Made by a program: the position numbers and the translations under genes. From an uncultured Spirochaetales bacterium (GTDB taxonomy: Bacteria > Myxococcota_A > UBA9160 > JAFDET01), in the NCBI GenBank assembly GCA_964442285.1, contig CAYTZH010000010.1:33516-97515 (forward strand): a DNA stretch of 64,000 nt. Reading direction: 5' to 3'. The notes under the pieces are model-generated. The model ran no database searches. It was not told the DNA's origin and worked only from the letters and a program-made list of their open reading frames with translations. Each line of letters begins with the position of its first letter. The first letter of the stretch is position 1. Positions 17,824 through 26,922 of this stretch are shown one piece after another.

Positions 17824-18756
17824 TCAGCTCTCCCAGAGGACCGAACGGTAGTAGGTGACGGTTTCCCGAATCCCGGTCTCGTGATCGGTGAACCGGAAGC
17901 CCGGGAGCCATTCCCGGAACCTGCGATCGTCCAGGATCTTGAACGGGGCGCCGTCCTGGTAGGTGGTATTGAACTCGAGGCTCCCCTCGTAGTCGAGGGC
18001 CTTCTTGATCAGCTCCGCGGACTCCCCGATCGAGTAGCCCTTGTTGCGACCGATGTTCACGGGCTCGACGAGGGACTCGTTGCGGGCGACGGCTTCGGCG
18101 AGGACCTCGGCGATGTCGACGATGTATCCCCACTCCCGCACCGGCTTTCCGGTGCCCCAGATCTCGAACGAGGCCGCTCCCTTCCGCTGGGCCTGCATCA
18201 TCCGGATGATCATCCCGTTGAGGGCGTGGGTGCGGTTCGGGTCGGTGTAGTCGCCCGGACCGAAGGCGTTCGGCACCAGCAGGTTGACGGTACGCGTGCC
18301 GTACTGGCGTTCGAAGGATCGCGAGAGGATGTAGATGAAGCGCTTGGCGTTTCCGTAGGCGAGCACCGAATCGTGGACCGGCCCGCTCCACCACTGGTCT
18401 TCCACGTGCTTGTTGGCGTCGCCGGGGTAGGAGCAGTTGGACAGCGGGTTCACGACGAGTGCCTCCGGGCACTCGAGTCGGACCGCCTCGTAGAGATTGA
18501 GTGCCATGCGGGTGTTGTCCTGGAAGACCTCGCCCGCGTGGTCGCTGACGTAGTGGAGGCTGCCGACGTGCGCCGAGGCGTTGACGATCGCGGCCGGCGC
18601 CTCGTCTCTCAGGCATGCGCGGACGGCGTCGATATCCCGGAGGTCGACGCCGGTGCGGCGGGAGGCCGCGACGGGAGCGAAGCCACCCTTTTCCTCGAGC
18701 ACCCGGATCACGTGTTTGCCCAGGAACCCGGATCCGCCGAATACGACCGTCTTCAT
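17824..18756 (-). CDS. GDP-L-fucose synthase-like NAD-dependent epimerase/reductase
   Basis: Internal ATG at 18756 of ORF 17824..18930, with RBS GGGAAGG upstream. Sequence MKTVVFGGSGFLGKHV, the YxxxK element AYGNAKR, and an Fcl-like tail FNTTYQDGAPFKILDDRRFREWLPGF. Confidence 0.7.
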   Translation of the reverse strand: MKTVVFGGSGFLGKHVIRVLEEKGGFAPVAASRRTGVDLRDIDAVRACLRDEAPAAIVNASAHVGSLHYVSDHAGEVFQDNTRMALNLYEAVRLECPEALVVNPLSNCSYPGDANKHVEDQWWSGPVHDSVLAYGNAKRFIYILSRSFERQYGTRTVNLLVPNAFGPGDYTDPNRTHALNGMIIRMMQAQRKGAASFEIWGTGKPVREWGYIVDIAEVLAEAVARNESLVEPVNIGRNKGYSIGESAELIKKALDYEGSLEFNTTYQDGAPFKILDDRRFREWLPGFRFTDHETGIRETVTYYRSVLWES

Positions 18757-18766
18757 GGCGCCTTCC

Positions 18767-19699
18767 CTAGACGTTCCGGTAGATGCTGCGGTGCTCGAGG
18801 ACCGGAACGGCCTCGATGAGCTCTTCGATGCCCTCCTCGACGCGCACGTCGCAGGAGAAGCCCAGGCGGTTGATCTTGTCGTACGAGACGACGTAGTTGC
18901 GCTTGTCCTTGTCCTCGCCGATGTCGGCAAAGTGGAGGTAGTAGTCCACCTTCCCCTTGATCATCAGGGCGACGTCTTCCTTGCTGTAGTTGTTCCGGTC
19001 GTCGCCGATGTTGAAGACCTCGCCCTTCATCTTGTCGGCGTTGTCGACCGCGAAGGCGAAGCTCTTGGCCATGTCGTCGACATGGATGAAGGTGCGCTTG
19101 AAGTGCTTCTCGAACATGATGAGGTACTGGTTCACGACGGCTTCGTAGACGAAGTCGTTGATCAGCAGGTCCAGTCTCATCCGCGGCGAGAGGCCGAACG
19201 CCGTCGCGAAGCGATACGCGATGGTGGTGTTGTGGTCCATCAGGAGCTGCTCGGCCTCGGTCTTGGTGCGGCCGTAGAGACTCAAGGGGTTGAGGGGCGT
19301 CTCCTCGGTGCAGACGCCCTCGACGTGGCCGTAGTTGCTGCCGGTGGAGGCGTACAGGACGAGCTGTTGCCGGGAGAGGAGCCCGGAGAGCGTCCTGGCC
19401 GACTCGAGGTTCGTGGTGACCGCCAGATCCGGGTTCTTCTCGCAGGCCGGGAACCCGACGATGGCGGCCAGGTGGATCACGACGTCCGCATCCGCGACCA
19501 GGGGGCGGAGGGTCTCGGCGCTCCGCGCGTCGCCCTTCAGGAACCGGAAGCGGCGGTTCCGGAAGAACGGGATCATCGCGTGGCCGTTCTCGTACATCAG
19601 CAGGTCGAGGACGGTGACTGCGTGCCCTTCGTCCAGCAGTCGGCCGACCAGGACCGATCCCACATAGCCCGCGCCGCCGGTCACCAGGATCTTCGCCAT
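18767..19699 (-). CDS. NAD-dependent sugar epimerase/dehydratase (extended SDR)
   Basis: ORF 18767..19699. Motifs MAKILVTGGAGYVGS and the YxxxK element LYGRTK. This is the lowest-GC gene in the window, at about 52-60% on hand-counted lines. Confidence 0.8.
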   Translation of the reverse strand: MAKILVTGGAGYVGSVLVGRLLDEGHAVTVLDLLMYENGHAMIPFFRNRRFRFLKGDARSAETLRPLVADADVVIHLAAIVGFPACEKNPDLAVTTNLESARTLSGLLSRQQLVLYASTGSNYGHVEGVCTEETPLNPLSLYGRTKTEAEQLLMDHNTTIAYRFATAFGLSPRMRLDLLINDFVYEAVVNQYLIMFEKHFKRTFIHVDDMAKSFAFAVDNADKMKGEVFNIGDDRNNYSKEDVALMIKGKVDYYLHFADIGEDKDKRNYVVSYDKINRLGFSCDVRVEEGIEELIEAVPVLEHRSIYRNV

Positions 19700-19937
19700 C
19701 GGATACCTCTCTCGCGGCCTCGCAGGCCGAACGCGGCGTCGCCACCGTTTCGCGGGCCCCGGGAGCTCGTTCGCGGCCCCACCGCTCTAGTGGCGCTCTC
19801 CCGAGCAAAGGTGTCGGCGGCCTCGGCAATGGACGCAGCGGCCCGCCGAACCCGCAACCATAGGAAAGATTCCCGGCCCTCGCCGCGTGCGCGGGCCTCC
19901 TTCGGGCCAGGGGCGCAACCCCTGCGCAACCGCCTCG

Positions 19938-21131
19938 CTAGCGGAACGCAACGGGGGACTCCGTTCCGGCGGGCGGCGGCAGCAGCCCGCTCTCGACGAG
20001 CCCCTCGGCCAACGCCTCGCCGTAGATCCGATGGCCCAGCGCGTTCCAGTGGGGGTCGAAGGGGATCCGGATCTCCGCCTGGCTCGGGATGCGCTCCTTC
20101 CAGCGTGCGTACGTGCCGAAATCCTGCACGCCCAGCTCCCGACCCAGCAGCAGGCTCCAGGGCCCGTCGGTCATGAGGACGTCGAACGCGGCGCCTTCCG
20201 CCTCGGCCGCGCGTCGCATCGCTTCGACGAGAGAGGCCGTGAGGCGGAAGACGTAGCTCTCTGGATCGGGCACGTCGACGAGGTCCTCGAAGTCGCCGTA
20301 CGAGCCGGCCCGCAGGATCTGCTGCGTCAGCTGGGGGGCGGCGGCGACGATGTGGACGAGCGCGGTGGCGAAGCCGCTGCGGCAGACGATCTCGTCTCGG
20401 ATCCAGAGGACGAAGCGCGTCTTCCACGGCACCGTCAGCTCGCGACGGTTGCCCGAAGTGTCCAGCCGGATGTTGGCAGTGTACTCGAACCGCGGGACCG
20501 GCGTCCCACGCAGCTCCGCAGTGCCGTCGGCTCGGATCCCGAAGTAGGGCTTCCCATACACTCGAAAAGGGCGATGGATCGTCATGTTGTCGTCGAGATC
20601 GTTGCCGTTGAACCAGTAGAGCACCAGGTCCGGCTCGTACTTCAATCCCTCGTCGGCGATGAACAAGTAGGCCTGGTCCGTGCCCCAGCCCCGGGTCCCG
20701 CCGTTGATGAACTCGACCGCGTGGCCCCGTTCGCGGAGGGCACGTTCGGCGACCCGGGTGAAGACCGCTTCGGGCGGAACCTCGAATCCGACCACCGCGG
20801 AGTCGCCCACCACCAGGACCCGGAAGACGTCCGGGTCGGACCGATACGGCAGCTCGCGCTCGCGGAGCCCCTTGGAGTTGATCCTGATGGGCTGCTCCAC
20901 CCCGAGCTTGACGAAGACGACCTCGCCGTCCGGGACGTGGTGCCACCCCCAGCGGGGGTGGTGGGTGAAGACGTCGTACGCCGGGTGCAGGGGGCGGATG
21001 CCCATGATCCAGCGCGAGGCCGCTTCGCCGATCGCGAAGGTGATGGCGCAGAAGAGGAGCACCTTTCCGAGCAGCGCGAGCAGCCGCCGCGGGATCGAGC
21101 GCGCTCTGCCGGGGGGTCCGTGCTCAGACAT
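19938..21131 (-). CDS. Membrane-anchored SGNH/GDSL hydrolase (paralog d, canonical motifs)
   Basis: Internal ATG at 21131 of ORF 19938..21206, overlapping the upstream stop by 8 nt. TM segment LLALLGKVLLFCAITFAIGEAA. Block I VLVVGDSAVVG, block II INGGTRGWGTDQ, block III WFNGNDL, block V FDPHWNALGH. Confidence 0.8.
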   Translation of the reverse strand: MSEHGPPGRARSIPRRLLALLGKVLLFCAITFAIGEAASRWIMGIRPLHPAYDVFTHHPRWGWHHVPDGEVVFVKLGVEQPIRINSKGLRERELPYRSDPDVFRVLVVGDSAVVGFEVPPEAVFTRVAERALRERGHAVEFINGGTRGWGTDQAYLFIADEGLKYEPDLVLYWFNGNDLDDNMTIHRPFRVYGKPYFGIRADGTAELRGTPVPRFEYTANIRLDTSGNRRELTVPWKTRFVLWIRDEIVCRSGFATALVHIVAAAPQLTQQILRAGSYGDFEDLVDVPDPESYVFRLTASLVEAMRRAAEAEGAAFDVLMTDGPWSLLLGRELGVQDFGTYARWKERIPSQAEIRIPFDPHWNALGHRIYGEALAEGLVESGLLPPPAGTESPVAFR

Positions 21132-22677
21132 GGCGTGAGACGCCCGACTCCGCCCCCTGCCAGTCCAGGTCGTCGGCCAGCGCGCGACGCGAGCCCCGCA
21201 GCGCACCCAGGGCGATGTGCATGAGGATGACCGGTGCCACCGCGAAGAGCAGGGTGCCGTACGAGGAGGCGACGTTGGCCATGAACCCGAAGCCGATCTG
21301 CTGCAGGGAGACCACCATGACGAGGACGCCGGGCGCGACGAGCGGACGCCGGCCGCAGGTCTCGTGCAGGATGCGGATGAGGAGTCCGATCAGGAACATG
21401 CCGCCGATGATCCCCGGCCAGCCGAAGTTGAGATAGAAATCGCCCACCTGGGTCGGGCCGGTGGAGGATCTGATGCCTGGCCCGGAGCCGTATACCTCCG
21501 TGATCCATCCGCCGATGTCCATGACGGGTTTGCCGGGCCAGATCAGACGCGGGACCGGGAAGAGCAGCAGGATGTAGAGGGTCTTCCCGTACTGGAACGG
21601 GACCTCGCGCGGGGTCTCGCGGATGATCACCGACGTCACCCCGACGCCATCGAAACGCCGCTTGGCGCGCTCGAACCCGTCGAGGAGGAGCGCCTCGGGC
21701 TTGTTCGAGCCCACGAACTCCTGGACCTGGGAGAGGGCCGCCCCCGGGTTCCGCGCCAGGGCGCCCACGCCCTGCGGGAGCAGGCCCTCCTTCACGAACT
21801 CCGAGATGGGATACACCCCGAAGAGCGCGAAGGCGCCGATGGCGATCAGCCGCAGGGGCAGCCGGGCCTTCAGCACCATCCATGTGACCACCACCACACC
21901 GGGCCCGATGAGCATCGCCTCCTTGGATCCGGTCAGCGTCCCGATCAGCATGTTGGCGGGGACGTTGAAGGCGAGCACGATCAACGCGCCCCGGGAGCGG
22001 TACTTCAGGTACGCATACGTCATCAAGACGTTCACGTAGATGTAGCTGGAGGCCAGCGTCGAGATGACCCCCGAGCCCAGCTCCGACGGGACGAGACCCG
22101 CCATCGACGCCAGGGCGATCGCCCAGCCCAGGGGCAGCATGATGGCGGACACGAGGATGATGTCCGCGAGGCTCCACTCGCGCTGGAAGCGGGGTACGGC
22201 CCGGCCGACCAGCCGGCCCACGGGCGAAACGTATGTCAGGAGCACCACCGACATGGCGAGCAGGCCCGCCAGCTGCCCGCGGATCACGTGCTGGGGCAGG
22301 AGGTTGCTGAAGGCGAGTCCGGCCGCGTCGGTGGGACCGAACGCCGGGATGTAGAGGAAGAAGACCGAGCTCACCCAGTAGCCCATGAAGGCGAGCAGGA
22401 AGATCGAGAGCACGAGGTGGCGGTGGCGCGGCGGGCGGAGGCGATCGAAGCCGAGGGGGATCAGGCCGAGCACGATCGTGACCACGGCCAGGGACAGCAT
22501 GGTGAAATCGGGGCCGTCGAGCTCGGCGATGAGGCCGGCCGCGAAGATGCCCACGACCAGGACCACCGTGAACACGAGGAACAGCAGGGCCTCTGCGGGC
22601 CGTTGGGCGCGCTCCGGGGCCTCGGCGGTCTCCGGCGCGGCCAGCGGGGGCAGCGCGTTGGGGTCGGGATCGGGCAT
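21124..22677 (-). CDS. Polytopic membrane protein; putative Wzy-type EPS polymerase or O-antigen-ligase-like protein
   Basis: Internal ATG at 22677 of ORF 21124..22929, with GGAG/GAGGA upstream. At least 10 hydrophobic segments plus one large hydrophilic loop (EFVGSNKPEALLLDGFERAKRRFDGVGVTSVIIRETPREVPFQYG). Confidence 0.6.
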   Translation of the reverse strand: MPDPDPNALPPLAAPETAEAPERAQRPAEALLFLVFTVVLVVGIFAAGLIAELDGPDFTMLSLAVVTIVLGLIPLGFDRLRPPRHRHLVLSIFLLAFMGYWVSSVFFLYIPAFGPTDAAGLAFSNLLPQHVIRGQLAGLLAMSVVLLTYVSPVGRLVGRAVPRFQREWSLADIILVSAIMLPLGWAIALASMAGLVPSELGSGVISTLASSYIYVNVLMTYAYLKYRSRGALIVLAFNVPANMLIGTLTGSKEAMLIGPGVVVVTWMVLKARLPLRLIAIGAFALFGVYPISEFVKEGLLPQGVGALARNPGAALSQVQEFVGSNKPEALLLDGFERAKRRFDGVGVTSVIIRETPREVPFQYGKTLYILLLFPVPRLIWPGKPVMDIGGWITEVYGSGPGIRSSTGPTQVGDFYLNFGWPGIIGGMFLIGLLIRILHETCGRRPLVAPGVLVMVVSLQQIGFGFMANVASSYGTLLFAVAPVILMHIALGALRGSRRALADDLDWQGAESGVSRHV

Positions 22678-22931
22678 TGGGTCCTCTGGACTCCCAGACA
22701 CCACGGCCAGCGAGTGGGTCGACTTGAGGCGACCCGGGGCCCGGATTCTAGAGGCTCGCCTGTCGGCACGCACCATGGCAGAGCCGGGCGGCGAAGCTGC
22801 CGGCTCGCTGCGGGTCGGCTGCGCACGGCGTGCGTTCGCCGCCCCATCAGCCGCCCCCGCCCCCCCCGCGGCGCCGGGAGCCGGGCTATAGTGCAGGGCC
22901 GCGCGCCGCCCCCCGAGGGCCTGCGCCACAG

Positions 22932-22955
22932 GCAGACTGCGGCGGAGCAGTCTGC
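22932..22955. promoter_or_regulatory. Perfect 9-bp inverted repeat GCAGACTGC-N6-GCAGTCTGC just upstream of the GT4 start
   Basis: Read directly: gcagactgc (22932..22940), ggcgga, gcagtctgc (22947..22955). It lies 19 nt before the ATG at 22974 in a 296-bp divergent intergenic region. It could be an operator or a 5'-UTR hairpin. Confidence 0.3.
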
Positions 22956-22973
22956 GCCCAGAGCAGGGTGGGC

Positions 22974-24092
22974 ATGCGCCGGACGTCCCAGGCCTCGGTT
23001 CTGATCAACGCGCTCACCGTCATCGACGGTGGGGGCCGCAGCTACATCACGAACCTGCTCCGGGAGCTCGACGCGGACCCCCGGGGATTCCGCTTCACGG
23101 TGCTGGCCGCCGAAGGGCAGCTCACGGAACGGGACACGGGCCGCTCCCAGCTCCTGACGCTGCGCCTCGCCGGCGACCACCGCGCCCTGCAGCTCCTGCA
23201 GCGGGTGGCCTTCGAGCAGGTCGTCCTGCCCTGGCGGGCCCGGGCCTACGACCTCCTGTACTGCGTGGCCGACATGGTGCCCCTGGCGACCAGCGTGCCC
23301 ACCGTGGTGGCCCTGCGGAACCTCAACATCTACGACGACACCTACTACAACACGCCCCGGCTGCGCGCCCTGCGCATGCTGGTGCCGCTCGGCCTGCGCC
23401 GGGCCCGTCGCATGATCTTCCCGTCCCAGGCGGCGGCGGATGCCATCGCGCCCCGGGTCGGGATCTCCGCCGAGCAGGTTGCCGTGGTGCGCTACGGCAT
23501 CGCCCGCGAGGCCTTCGACGCCCCCGACGACCCGGTCGACGCCGGCGCTCCCTACCTCTTCCTGCCCGCCGCCCTCGAGCGCCACAAGAACATGGAGGTG
23601 CTGCTGCGCGGGCTGCCCCGGGTGTCGGACCCGACGCTCCAGCTCTGGATCGCCGGTCAGTCCCAGACCGATCCGGTCTACGCCGCCGAGATCCGGGACC
23701 TGGCGGCGAGCCTCGGCCTCGACGAGCGCGTGCGCTTCCTCGGGCCCGTGCCCTACAAGGACGTGGTGCGCTATCACCGCCACGCCGTCGCCCTGGTGTT
23801 CCCCTCGAAGATCGAGACCTTCGGGCACCCGCTGCTCGAGGCCATGCTGGCCGAGACGCCGATCGTGGCCGCCGACATTCCCGCCTTCCGCGAGATCGCC
23901 GGGGACGCGGCGCTCTTCTTCGCGCCCGACGACGTGGACGGCCTGGTCGCCGGCGTGGAGCGGGTGCTGGGCGACGCCTCCTCGCGTAGCCAGCGCGTCG
24001 AGCTGGGTCGCAAGCGCGCCTCCGAGTTCACCTGGAAGCGCTCGGTGGATCGTCTCTGCCAGGTGTTCGAGGAGGCGCTGGGGGCGGGATGA
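22974..24092 (+). CDS. Glycosyltransferase family 4
   Basis: Internal ATG at 22974 of ORF 22830..24092. GT4 C-terminal signature ALVFPSKIETFGHPLLEAMLAETPIVAADIPAFREI. Confidence 0.8.
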   Translation: MRRTSQASVLINALTVIDGGGRSYITNLLRELDADPRGFRFTVLAAEGQLTERDTGRSQLLTLRLAGDHRALQLLQRVAFEQVVLPWRARAYDLLYCVADMVPLATSVPTVVALRNLNIYDDTYYNTPRLRALRMLVPLGLRRARRMIFPSQAAADAIAPRVGISAEQVAVVRYGIAREAFDAPDDPVDAGAPYLFLPAALERHKNMEVLLRGLPRVSDPTLQLWIAGQSQTDPVYAAEIRDLAASLGLDERVRFLGPVPYKDVVRYHRHAVALVFPSKIETFGHPLLEAMLAETPIVAADIPAFREIAGDAALFFAPDDVDGLVAGVERVLGDASSRSQRVELGRKRASEFTWKRSVDRLCQVFEEALGAG

Positions 24093-25090
24093 ACCGCCAG
24101 CTCTTCGAGCACCACCCGGTGCTGGGGCATCGGTTCATCCCCGGACTGCGGGCGCGCGTGGACCACGAAGCCGGCGGCTACCTGATGCGCACGAACGCGT
24201 CGGGCTTCCGCTGCCGACACCCCTTCGAGAAGGCCCCGACACCGGGACGGCGCCGGGTGCTCCTGTTCGGCGACTCCTACACCGCCGGCGACGGCGTGAG
24301 CGACAAGCACCGCTACGGCGAGCGGCTGGAGGCGCTGCGGCCGGACCTGGAGGTCTACAACTTCGGACTCCCCGGCAGCGGCACCGATCAGCAGTACCTG
24401 GCCTGGCGGGAGTTCGCCCGGGACGTCGCCTGCGACGCCGTGGTGCTCGCCGTCATGGTGGAGAACGTCCGCCGGGTGGCCGCGCGCTACCGGCCCTACA
24501 CGGATCGCGACGGCACACCTCGCGTCTTCGCCAAGCCGTGGTTCGAGCTCGACGCCGACGGCGCGCTCACGCTCCGCGGTGTGCCCGTGCGCAAGACGCC
24601 GATCCCGGAGGCGGAGCTGCCCGCGGAAGAGCGGGCGTCGGTGGACGAGAGCGGCCGCGCCGCCTGGCTGCGCCGGGCGGTGAACCGGCTCGGCCCCGAC
24701 GTGAAGGACGTGGCCCAGCGCCTCACCCGCTACCAGCCCCTTCCCGAGTACGACGAAGCCGACCACCCCGCGTGGCGCCTGCTCTCCGAGGTGCTGCGCC
24801 GCTGGGTCGGCGAGATCGAGGCGCCGGTGCTGCTCTTCCCGATTCCCCTCTACCAGTACGTGGAGGAGACCGCCTCGGCCCAGGCCTACCGCGCCCGCTT
24901 CCGCGAGCTGGCGGACGAGACCGGCGCCGCCTTCTGCGATCCCCTGCCCGATCTCCAGCTGCCGCCGCGGCCGGAGCGGCGCGGGTTCCGCTTCCGTGAG
25001 GATCCGCACCCCACACCCGCGGCCCACGCGGTGCTCGCCCGGGCGCTCGCCCGCGGGCTGGCGCCCGTGCTCGAACGGGGCGCCGCGTGA
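24089..25090 (+). CDS. SGNH/GDSL hydrolase (paralog e; no TM anchor)
   Basis: ORF 24089..25090, in an ATGA overlap with the GT4 gene. Block I VLLFGDSYTAGDGV, block II NFGLPGSGTDQQ, block V REDPHPTPAAH. It is coupled by a GTGA overlap to the following carbamoyltransferase. Confidence 0.8.
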   Translation: MNRQLFEHHPVLGHRFIPGLRARVDHEAGGYLMRTNASGFRCRHPFEKAPTPGRRRVLLFGDSYTAGDGVSDKHRYGERLEALRPDLEVYNFGLPGSGTDQQYLAWREFARDVACDAVVLAVMVENVRRVAARYRPYTDRDGTPRVFAKPWFELDADGALTLRGVPVRKTPIPEAELPAEERASVDESGRAAWLRRAVNRLGPDVKDVAQRLTRYQPLPEYDEADHPAWRLLSEVLRRWVGEIEAPVLLFPIPLYQYVEETASAQAYRARFRELADETGAAFCDPLPDLQLPPRPERRGFRFREDPHPTPAAHAVLARALARGLAPVLERGAA

Positions 25091-26922
25091 GCCACCACGT
25101 GCTCGGCATCTCCGCCTTCTACCACGACGCGGCCGCGGCCCTGGTGCGCGACGGCGAGATCGTGGCGTGCGCCCAGGAAGAGCGCTTCACCCGCAAGAAG
25201 CACGATCCGCGCTTCCCGCGCCACGCCATCGCCTACTGCCTCGAGGAGGCCTTCATCGAGAACGACGAGCTGGATGCGGTGGTCTTCTACGACCATCCGC
25301 TGCTCACCCTGGACCGGGTGCTGCAGTCGCTGCTGGCCGTGGCCCCCGAGGGCGAGGACCTGTGGCGCAAGGCGGCCCCGTCGGTGCTCGGGGTGAAGCT
25401 CTTCGTCGACCGCTACGTGCGCGACGTGCTCAAGACCGACGTGCCCGTGCTCTTCGCCCGCCATCACCTCTCCCACGCGGCCAGTGCCTTCTACCCGTCG
25501 CCCTTCGAGCGGGCCGCCGTGCTCACGGTCGACGGCGTGGGCGAGTGGGCCACCACGAGCCTGGCCGTGGGCGAGGGGGAGCACATCGAGGTCCGCAAGG
25601 AGATCCACTACCCCCACAGCCTGGGTCTCCTCTACAGCGCCTTCACCTACTTCTGCGGCTTCAAGGTGAATTCGGGCGAGTACAAGCTGATGGGCCTCGC
25701 GCCCTATGGCGAGCCCCGCTACGCCGACGCGATCCGGCACGAGCTGATCGATACGAGGCCCGACGGCTCGTTCCGCCTGAACCTCGACGCCTTCGGCTTC
25801 CTCGACAGCGACCGCATGACGAACGCCCGCTTCGACGCCCTCTTCGGGGGGCCGCCGCGGGCGCCCGAGTCGCGCATCAGCCGCCGCGAGATGGACCTGG
25901 CGGCGTCGGTGCAGGCGGTCACCGAGGACGTCATGCGCGGTCTCGCGCGCCACGCCCTGGAGCTCGCGGGCTGCCGCGACCTCTGTCTGGCCGGCGGCGT
26001 GGCGCTCAACTGCGTGGCCAACGGCAAGCTGCTGCTCGAGGGCGTGGCCGACCGCGTCTGGATCCAGCCGGCCGCCGGCGACGCGGGGGGCGCCCTGGGC
26101 GCGGCGCTGGTGGGGAGCCTGCGCCGCTTCGGGGCCCGGCGGGTGCGCTCGCCGGGGGGCGGCGACGCCCAGCACGGGAGCTACCTGGGCCCGGCCTGGT
26201 CCGCTGCCGAGATCCGCGCCTTCCTGGACCGCCACGACTACCCCTTCGAGGTCGTGGAGGGCCTCGACGCGCGCGCGGAGCGGGTGGCGGCGGCGCTCGC
26301 CGACGGGCAGGTCGTCGGCTGGATGAGCGGCCGCATGGAGTTCGGGCCGCGCTCGCTCGGCGGCCGCTCGATCCTGGGCGACCCCCGCAACCCCGAGACC
26401 CAGGTGCGCATGAACCGGAAGATCAAGTACCGGGAGTCGTTCCGGCCCTTCGCGCCCAGCGTGCTGGCCGAGCGCTGCGGCGACTGGTTCGAGCTCGACG
26501 CGGAGAGCCCCTACATGCTGCTGGTGGCCCCCGTGCGGGAGGGGCTGCGCAAGTCGCCGCCGCCGCCCGAGACCGACGACGCCGACGACCTGCTCGCCCG
26601 GGTGCGCCAGGCCCGCAGCGAGATCCCGGCGGTCACCCACGTGGACTACAGCGCGCGGGTGCAGACGGTGCACCGGGAGACGAACCCCGCGTACCACGCG
26701 GTGCTGTCCGCCTTCGAGCGCCTCACCGGCTGTCCCGTGGTGGTCAACACCTCCTTCAACGTGCGCGGCGAGCCCATCGTCTGCTCGCCGGAGGACGCCT
26801 ATCGCTGCTTCATGCGCACCGAGATGGACCTGCTGGTGCTCGGCGACTGCCTGCTGCGCAAGGCGGAGCAGCCGCCGATCCTGGACGACGAGTCGTGGAA
26901 GGACGAGTATGAGCTCGACTGA
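25087..26922 (+). CDS. Carbamoyltransferase (NodU/CmcH family), paralog 2
   Basis: ORF 25087..26922, GTG start. Sequence HHVLGISAFYHDAAAALVRDGEIVACAQEERFTRKKHD, then HHLSHAASAFYPSPF and TVDGVGEW, plus the C-terminal domain VNTSFNVRGEPIVCSPEDA. Confidence 0.9.
   Translation: MSHHVLGISAFYHDAAAALVRDGEIVACAQEERFTRKKHDPRFPRHAIAYCLEEAFIENDELDAVVFYDHPLLTLDRVLQSLLAVAPEGEDLWRKAAPSVLGVKLFVDRYVRDVLKTDVPVLFARHHLSHAASAFYPSPFERAAVLTVDGVGEWATTSLAVGEGEHIEVRKEIHYPHSLGLLYSAFTYFCGFKVNSGEYKLMGLAPYGEPRYADAIRHELIDTRPDGSFRLNLDAFGFLDSDRMTNARFDALFGGPPRAPESRISRREMDLAASVQAVTEDVMRGLARHALELAGCRDLCLAGGVALNCVANGKLLLEGVADRVWIQPAAGDAGGALGAALVGSLRRFGARRVRSPGGGDAQHGSYLGPAWSAAEIRAFLDRHDYPFEVVEGLDARAERVAAALADGQVVGWMSGRMEFGPRSLGGRSILGDPRNPETQVRMNRKIKYRESFRPFAPSVLAERCGDWFELDAESPYMLLVAPVREGLRKSPPPPETDDADDLLARVRQARSEIPAVTHVDYSARVQTVHRETNPAYHAVLSAFERLTGCPVVVNTSFNVRGEPIVCSPEDAYRCFMRTEMDLLVLGDCLLRKAEQPPILDDESWKDEYELD

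Noticed and set aside
19787-19861. 24-codon Cys-containing ORF (MVAGSAGRCVHCRGRRHLCSGERH) in the 238-bp gap upstream of the low-GC cassette
   Set aside because: It has no RBS and no recognisable motif, and its composition matches random translation of GC-rich DNA. It is too short to support.
19852-19931. CGCAACC repeated three times (19852, 19914, 19925); on the minus strand this reads GGTTGCG-N4-GGTTGCG with 11-bp phasing
   Set aside because: I tested it as a sigma54 promoter for the downstream SDR cassette. There is no GG at the -24 position in the correct register. It partly overlaps the 3' end of the SGNH-d CDS. It could still be a regulator site, but I cannot support that.
22765-22782. 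cGGCACG-cacca-TGGCA, a sigma54-like element in the polymerase/GT4 intergenic region
   Set aside because: The -24 half is excellent, but the GG-to-GC spacing is one nucleotide too long. Sigma54 promoters tolerate almost no spacing change. I kept it out of the promoter list.
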